Source: Patescibacteria group bacterium
GTDB lineage: Bacteria > Patescibacteriota > Microgenomatia > UBA10105 > UBA927
NCBI GenBank assembly: GCA_035510735.1
Contig: DATKGN010000008.1
Coordinates: 76,466-140,465 of the forward strand
Length of the DNA stretch: 64,000 bases
Direction: 5' to 3'
The position numbers were made by a program, and so were the translations under genes. Position 1 is the first letter of the stretch, and every line of letters begins with the position of its first letter. Positions 54,901 to 63,900 of this stretch are shown piece by piece. A model generated the notes under the pieces. The model was not told where the DNA came from and did not search any database. It saw nothing but the letters and a program-made list of their open reading frames with translations.

Positions 54901-57900
54901 GCGTACTTTGATCCGGATCCGCACTATCCAGTGAGGGTCGACCCGACCAGTTGATAAGATTGGATACATCATACCGACCACCCGCTGCTTCATTAGCCAA
55001 GATTGCCCGAATAATGCTGACGCGCCTTCTCGAAACAGTAAAATACGCCTGGATGGCATCATGTTTTTGTGTATATAATTCTTTTCCTTTGGCCTGTGCA
55101 CCAGAAATGGCAAAATCTAATGCCGTAAGATCATCTGCTGTTAATGTTATGTTGTATGAGCCTAATATAGTAATAACGTTACTAGCGGTTAACGTAGTTG
55201 TGCCGGTTGTGGAAATAGCGTTCGTAATATCCTGTACTACCGATTTGACAACAGCATCGACAATTTGACCCCGAAGCGTTGTAAGCGCCGTATCAATCGT
55301 CGATTGCTTCGCCGTCGAAGGAAGCCTGCGGACGGAAAGTAACTTTGCGTTTTGTACGGACGTAACCAGCGCATCGTAGCTAGTACGGTCGGACGGTATC
55401 GCGGCTTCAACTTTTACTATGAACCCCTGCAATTGATAATTAATTTGTGTATTTTGAGCTATTTGAGCATCAACATTTTCTTGCGTATATGAACCGCTGT
55501 TGAGTAAGTCATTCCTGTTGGTGGTTAGCTGAGAAGCTAATAGCCTGCTCCGTAATGCTTGGAGACTAAAGTCTTCTCCTCTTGCGATATCTGCATCAAC
55601 GAGCTGACTCACTAAGTCCAAACGGGAAATATCAACTTTTTCCGTCTGAAGCCCGTGTACATTTGTCCACTGTTGATATTCGCTATCCGGCAATCGTGCC
55701 GCCTCCCGTGGAGGTAATAGAGTGATGGCATTAAATCGTGCTACAGCTTTATCAGCAATTACTTGTTCAGCGGGTGATTTTGGACCATTCAATTTTATTG
55801 AATTATTATATATATCTCGTTCCTGATCGGTTAATGTAGGCGGCAGTGATTCAATTGTGGCCGGAAATGGCTTAGTTTTTTTGGCCAACTGAATCGCCTC
55901 AATTTTCAATGAAATCTCAGAAATCAAACTTTGTATATCCCGCTCCAATCCGTACACCCGATAGATTGGTAGAACAGCCGATTCCAGTGCCTGTTGCAGA
56001 CGTGTTAAGGCGTTGACGCTTTGTAACGAAGCTATCCTGTCGTTAATTAACGGCAGAATATCGTTCTGTAGCTGGGTAATTAATGTCGCCCGGTCAACTG
56101 CGGTGATCGTAAATCCGTTCAATGATACATTGATCGATTTGAGCGCATTTACTACTTTTGCCAGCTGCGACTGCGTCTGTTTCACCTGCGTTTTAGCGGC
56201 TGCTCGTGCTGTTGTTTTCGGTGGTTTCACAACTGGTGTCGTCGGTTTGACGGCCTTCGTGAGACTCTGATCAATCAGGTATTGTAAAAATGCCGCCACG
56301 CGCTTCTCGACAGGGTCCCGCAATATACTGGTCGTATCAGTATATTGAAACGTCGCAGGCGGAACTTCACTGCTAAATTGGGCAATTGCAGAAGCGAGAA
56401 GATTTTTCGTTCTTGTAAGATCATTTTCTGCTATCGGCGAATTCATTGAGTTAAATGCCTGTATAAACCCGTTATAAAAATCCATAAGATCCTTCATCGT
56501 ACCGTTCTTAAGTTTTTCTATGATGATATCTGTTGTCGCGTCAGCACTATGGACGCCGTCTCCGTTAATCATGTCGGTTAATAAAGAAGTTGTATCGGAA
56601 TACCCAAGGCTTTTGGCGAACTGCTCGATACTGATGTTTATCGGCGCGAGCGTGGTCGTTAACAAGTGCTGGCCGTTAGTTACAAGCGTATTAAGACCTG
56701 TTCCGCTCGGTTCTAGGCGCAGGGTCGTCCTGATATCGCGCAGTCTTGCTCCCAATCCACCTATGATGCTTTCATCATAGAAAACCGGTGTCGTGATGCT
56801 TCCGCCCTCGGCCGTCTGTATCCACCGATCAAACAAACTCACAGGATCAGTGAATAATGGCTGAACTTTTTGAAAAACCGGATCAGCGGTAATAATCTTA
56901 AATTGCGCGCGCAGAAGATCCGCTTCCAGGTCTCCCCTACTTTTTACCGGAGCCGACGCCGCTTTTTGAAGCTGTTTGATCATTGGAGCAAGCGCTGGCG
57001 AAAAACCCGCCTGATGATATGCCTGCCGTAACGCATCTTTAATCAAGGGGAACATCACCAGGTTATTATTACCCTGCACATCCTGATAGGTCGACACCGG
57101 GATACCTGACTTCTTGCTCAGGGAGTTATAGATACTCTGTCGGAACGTATCGGCAAGCTTATTCGGTTGGATCGTATAATATTTGTTTGCAAGACTGGTG
57201 ATTTCGGATGTTACAATTCTATTCGTCATCGTAAGACCACTCATTTGCTCGTCAGCCGCCGTAGAATCTGCATCATACTGTGCACTCAAACTATCATAGA
57301 GCCATTTGCCGTACGCGTACGCGAGCTCTTCCCGTTGACTGCTTTTATCGGCGTCTTTACCCGCAATATTCATGAGTATAAACGGCTTCACAAGTCTCGT
57401 CTGCTGATCTTGTATAAATTGATCCAAATCGACTTTCACTCCACCCCATGATTCATAATTTGTCGTATTCACACGTAGCGCCTGCTGCAATATTTTTAGA
57501 TTACTCTGTATTATTTGAACTCTATCCGCATTTGAAGCGATTGTTCCGATAGCGAGATTGATGATTTCTTCATTGTTACCGGCTTTACGCGCAATCCCCA
57601 AAATACTTCGCCACAGGGCGCCGGTAACCTCCGACTGAAGAGCTTTCGAGATATTGTTAACAAGAGCCATGGAAGGCAACGAGCTTGGGCCAGAAAGGAG
57701 ATCTTCAATAAACTTGCGTATAATCTTTGCCACCGCCGGATTAATCCCCTTTGGCGTAAATGCAGCGACAACGGCTTCAACGGTGCTCGTTTGCGGCTTT
57801 GTCGGATTTAACGCGTCAAGCGCCTTTGCGAGATTCTCAAGCGGAGTCTTCAAATCTTTCGGAGCTGTATTTTTCAGATCCCGAACTTTTTGAGCAAGAT

Positions 57901-60900
57901 CGGGCGCCGTATCCTTGAGGGCTGTTGTCGTAAACACTACTGGTATGTTTGCCGTGGTCTGGTTAATTATTTTTTGCGCATACGCACTTCCGCCGACTGT
58001 TCCCGCGATAAAGCCATTAAGCGACGTCCCGGTAAAAATGGTTGCTAATGCGTCTATCGTCGTTTGATAAGACGCGAGTTGATTTGTTTGTGCCGTGGGA
58101 ACATCCGGAAGCCGGAGCGTTGAAGGCAGCTTCCGTATCGCATCCTGTTGGACGACCGGCACCGCGACCTTGGCGCCCGATTTAGGCAGTTTATTCACAA
58201 ACATCGCGATTCCCGATGTATCATCAATGGGTTTATTGCCGATTAATTGTGCCACCCTGCCGACCATTTTACTTGCAGCCATATCCGGCGTAAGACCATT
58301 ACCGCTTAAGATATTAAACACTTCAGTATTAAAGCCGGCTCCGCGCCTGGCGTATTTCCGAAAACCATCAGACAGAAGCATCACCCGGTCTCCCTCGTAC
58401 ATTTGGTACATTTCGATATTCGCTCCCCAAAATAATGTCGATCCGAGTCCATTCGGGAGATTCCCCTCCGCCTGGATAAGCGGAGAACCGTTGATTACGT
58501 CCGCACTTGCACGCCGCAGGGTATTTAACGGATATATTCGTCCCTCACGCAGAAGCATCATATCGCCGTCACCAACGCGGATGGTAATGAGACGCCCTGA
58601 CGGATGGATAAATGCCCCAGAATAGATGGTTCCCGCGTTTTTATCACCGAATTCGTTAATCATCTCGCCATTTACATCCTTCATCTGTGCCTGAAGGAAC
58701 CCGGTAACCTCAGGTAGCGGCAATTTCATTGCAGCTTTTTGAATTTGTTGCATGCGCGCCACAACATATTGCGCGCCTTCCGCTGACCGCGGCCGTTTGG
58801 ATGCACCGTCTGCATCACCAATGGAATATACACCGGGCTTTGTTGTGATCACGGCGTCCTGACCCATCGTTTTTGAAGCCTCCGGTTTATCTGTGTGATA
58901 GGCCGTTCCTTTACCCTTTCCGACTAAAACGTCTGTGACCCCTGTTACATCAGATGCATCAAACACACTCGCGACGCCATCAGCGGTGATATGCAAATAA
59001 TAGGTGCCATTAAATTCGGTAAAATCAATCTCTCCGTGATTATTAATCTGTGCTATCCATTTCGTACTCCCGATTTCGATTATCGATTTATCCTGAATGG
59101 TCGTTTGTGCTCCTATGGCCGAAACTCTTCCGTCAATAACGACGACATTATCAATATTCGGAATTATGTAGAAACCGGTTGGCGTATGCCCAAGCGTAAA
59201 CGCATTCGCCGGTATGGTCACATCTGCTATCCGGATACCTGCGTCTTTTCCTGATCCGATTGTTGTATCCCACGTATCAACCACGGGCTGCACGGGAACG
59301 ATGGTAACACTCCCATCCTCGTAAATTGCGATAAATTGTGATCCGTCAGTTTTCCAAAGATACGGCAATCCATCGGCGTCAATCCTAAATGTATACGTCA
59401 GCAAATTCGGTAGGATTATTTTATCGATTTCATGAATGAGGGCTTGATCACCAATATTCATGGCGATTCCGTTGAGTGTAACATTAACTTTCAGAGCTTT
59501 AATATAAAAAGCTCCATTTTGATCCTGAATGATATATATTGAATTATCTCCGATTAGCTGAGATGTAAAGCCGGATTGTGGAGCTGCAGCGATCTGATCC
59601 CGTGCCGCCTGGATAATGGCATCGACTACCGGTTGATTGATAAGCGGGCGGAGCTCGGTATTTGATGGACCTCTCCTCCCCCTCACGCCGGCCGGTATCG
59701 TATTAATAAGCAGGTTTCTGACAATTTCCTGTGTCACCGATAATTGTGTGTTCGGCGCTTGTAAGGATGTTACTGCCGCATCAACCGCCTGTTTATATGC
59801 CGCATCCGTGGATGCAAGAGCATTGAGGCGTGCAATGGCAGCCGTAATGGCCGCGCTCATCGTTGTCGGCGCCGTTACCCGGCCCTTAGCGCTAACGAGT
59901 TTCCCTTTAATTTGCACAAGCAGACTGGGCAACCAACGGTCACCGGTAGTTTGACGTGCGATTCTGTCAATTATTGCACTGGCTTTATCATAGTTTTGTT
60001 TTTGCGTCGTAACAGAGGCCCCGGTTGTAGTCCCATTCAATGCATCATAAAATGCATTTTTATCATCTATCGACCGGAATAACCCAGTGTACAACGTATT
60101 TGATAGTGCATCATTAACATATTCCACAATACTTTGTGCATCAAGCGTCAGCGTCGGTCCGGTCGGTCCCGCTGTATTAATTGCTTTCGTCAGCGCACGG
60201 GAGGCTTTCGCGATATCACTCCCCCGTTTGATGAGACTGGTAAACGGATGTGCATCCGTCCAGTTCGCTTTCATGTAATCGATAAGCTGTTGATACGGGG
60301 TGAGCGTTGTACTCGGGGCCGCAGCCGCAATCTGATCGTTAATCTCGACAGATAACGCGCTTAAGAATGCCCGCACTCCACTCACAACATCTGACACTTG
60401 AGCACCAAGAGTTCCGAGCGGAGAATTAATTGACGGCTTGCCCTGCAATTGAATATGTAAATCATTCCACGCACGAATTGCGGCGGCAAGATCCTGACTT
60501 TCGTTCATTACTTTATTGATCATTCTTGTCGACGTCCGCTTCTCGACTCCTAACGTGGTAAACCAATTCGTGAGATATGACTTTTCCAGAGTTGCTGTGT
60601 AGAGCGGATTTGCGACAAACGCATCCCGGAGTTGAGGGGAAATTGACTCTGTCGCGATTGTGATAAGTGCAGTCTTCGCATCCGTTAATTGCGATTTTGT
60701 GATAAGCGCGCGGCTTTTCATCGACGCCGTTAAATTATTCAGATTCTCCCACGCATTGATTTGGATAGCCACCTCATCTACCGGATGAACGCCTCCGGCG
60801 CTGATAAAGGTTCTTATGTTCTCCATCATTTGATGAGCCTCCGCAACCGGATCAGGTGGAGTATTAATAATGAGGTCATATTCAGCCTGAGCTGCCGGCC

Positions 60901-63900
60901 ACAGACTTAGAAGTTCATGGGCAATCCACGCGTCATAAACATCCTGCGCTCTTGTACCCCGCGGCACTGCGCGGTTGAGTTCTGTTGTAATCGCTGCGTC
61001 TCGGGCGGCGCTATCCCCACCCGCTACAAGGGCCTGAGCTCCCGCCTGAACCATGGAAGTTACATTCGTGATGGTCGGAAAGCTCCCTATATCCGTGACA
61101 ATATTGTTGGCCTCTGCCGTAATATACGTATCAGCGATTACCGTTGGTTCAAGAGCTTTGAGCGCCGTAAATTGCGGGACAAGTTCAAATGCGGCTTTGC
61201 GGGAAGTAACGGCCGCCGGTACCGTTTGTCCGGCAAAAAGATCAGCAATAAGTCCCGGCCTTTGGGTTGTTACGTACCCTCTGAATGCGACGCGCGCGCT
61301 ATGGATCTGTATCGCCTTTACGTTGGCAGCGGCAAGCGCACGGGCCAGTTCTGCAGCTTTCGCAGCAGCATCCGGGAACGTTAAACTATTAAGGGCGGTT
61401 TCAATTACCGTCTGAGCCTGCGCAACGTTGACGGCATTGGTAAGGTTGTTTTCATCTTTCAATAGTTCATTTGCGGCATTTGCAATATCCGCGTCGCTGG
61501 CCGCCGCGACAGGCGTAAACGCCCGGGAGATATTGAGCATTTGCCCAATCCATAACATATAGGCATCATCATCGGCATTAAAGCCGTCACCCATCAAAGG
61601 TTGAGGCAGTATATGATCATCTGCCATAAAATTCCGGTCATCAGGAGTAAGCACTGCTACTTTTTGCAATATTGCCAACACATCGGCGCGGGGCAATACC
61701 ACTCTACCGGCCCAATGATCGCTAAGCTTCGTTAAATCTTCAGGGCTTAATGATGAGAGTCTTATTTTAAGAGCCTGAAAACGAACAAATTTTTCCGTAA
61801 TACTTCTCGGGTATCCACTCAATACTCCATACCGCATATTCCCCTCCGGTAAACCGTTTTGGAACCAATCTTGCGGATGGTTTTGCATCCACAATGCAAC
61901 ATTCGTCCAATCAACCGACGGGAATAAATTGAGATTTGACGGAAGCTTCATCACACGCTCTACAGCAGCAAGATTTATAATAACGAGTATATTTGAGCTG
62001 CTGGGTGCCGGTGTTGTTACTTCAAAAGCGGACATTCCCGCTACCCGGTTTATTGCACTCATTAAGATTGTGCGGTTGGGTTGAGCCAAACCATTACTCC
62101 GTTCCGCAATGATACCGGTAAATACCAATTCCAAATTGATATCATCTTTGATTTGCTGTCGTACCGTACCCGGCAAGCCGGCTAAAAACGCTCTGTACCG
62201 GGCGTGGCCGGCGTTGGCCTCATTCTGGGTCGGGAGTGCTACCGGACCGACACCGGGAGGCACCGCAGTCGGCATAGTTGCGGCCTTCTTTTGGGCCGCA
62301 TAGGCTACCCATTTCTCGTAATACACCGGATTCTCACCGGCGGCGATACCAACAAACGCTTTGACTTGGTTCGTTAAAGTCGCAACGTCATTGGTATTTG
62401 AAAGTCTTGAATCGGGCTTCAATGCATTTTCCCACCTCTTTATTTGACCAAGACGTCCATTGATAAAGTCTTTTGCCTGTAATGTGACAATCGTATCTGA
62501 CGGCCTGTTGGCTGCATCGGGGATCGCGCTTTTTATAGCTGCCACTATCTGGGTAATTATCGGCGCAATTATTGCATCATCTGTTTGCGGTGGTGTCGCC
62601 CGAAGCCCGTCAGCTATTGCACCAACCCAATCCTTTGCTTTCCCGTCGGCAAAAGGAATCACGAGGGCGCGTACCAAAAGCAATTGATGAGCAAGTTTTC
62701 GTATTCCGGGTAAGTCTTTTGTAAACTGTGCGTCTTTATTAAAGAGCGCAATTGAGGGGTACACATACGTTTTCATGTACGTCTTAAGTTCCGTAATGGC
62801 AGCTGTCGTTTCGACGCCGTCGATATCACTTTCCGCAGCTATAATCGTGAGTAGCTTTGTGGCACCCATATATATTTTATCTTTTGTTACAGCGGCTTCT
62901 GCATTTACTGCTGCTTCCGCAAGAGCTACTGCGTGCTGTTGATATGGATCGGATTTTGAAAATTCATACCATCCTCCGGGGGTAAAGGATATTCTGATGA
63001 GATCAAAAACATTTGGCAACGCAAATGACTTTAATGCCCAAGGAAGAGTCGGCGGAAGAGGGTTTCCGAGCGTATATATAACACCGATTCCATAAAGAGC
63101 TGCCGGTATAATCCGACGGGATACATTATACCAGGCAGGGTGGGTTTTCGGCGTCGCCAATAGCAAATCCCGTAACGATTTAACTCCTTTTGGCAAAGGA
63201 TTATCAGACCACATCCACTTGACATACCATGGTAATTCGTTATATTTTTTCGTCGTCGGATTAAATCCGGGAAGTTTACGAAGTAAAGCATTGAATCCCG
63301 TGTGCGTTCCGGTCGGAGGTGGCAATGACGTCGGTTGTCCGGTCAATAAATGATTGATCCCCGGAATAAATCGGGCTAAATCATGCGCAACAAATCCTGC
63401 TAATATCCATTTTGATACCGGATCGGGCGAACTGATCAAAACGGTGTAGATTGGAGCTCTCACTCCAAAACCGCCAATCAGGGCAGCAGTTTTGCTATAT
63501 GGACCGAACGTCGTTGACGATATGTGCATTTTTAACATATCCAACATACCGTACTGGGCCACCGTACTTGCTAATATCCTCGTGAACGGGTCCCATTGCC
63601 AACCCAGCGCCTGAACGACGCCGATAACCGGATTAATTGGAGCAGTTATTGTCCCGACGAATACATGCCCAAAGACAAATCGAACCGTTTCCGCCACGCC
63701 GTATTTCGAAAATGCATATCCTAAATTCCAACCGGGTTGTCCGATACCGAACGGCGTTGCGTTGAACCACTTAAAGAATGTATTGTCACGACGACCAAGA
63801 AGTCCCGCTGTTTCCTGAGTCGGCATGAGCATTCCAAAATCATCTTCATACTGTTGTTTAGTTGGGACACTATTGATCCATTGAATAGTTTTTGTAAGTG

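Noticed and set aside
28156-63291. Dozens of 60-176-aa ORFs on the plus strand inside the giant gene (for example 31599-32114, 58095-58625, 60917-61384)
   Set aside because: They lie antisense to a continuous 36-kb frame, have no recognisable motifs and have low-complexity or Arg/Ser-rich composition typical of shadow ORFs. The pair at 35615 and 37601 simply mirrors the intragenic DNA repeat.
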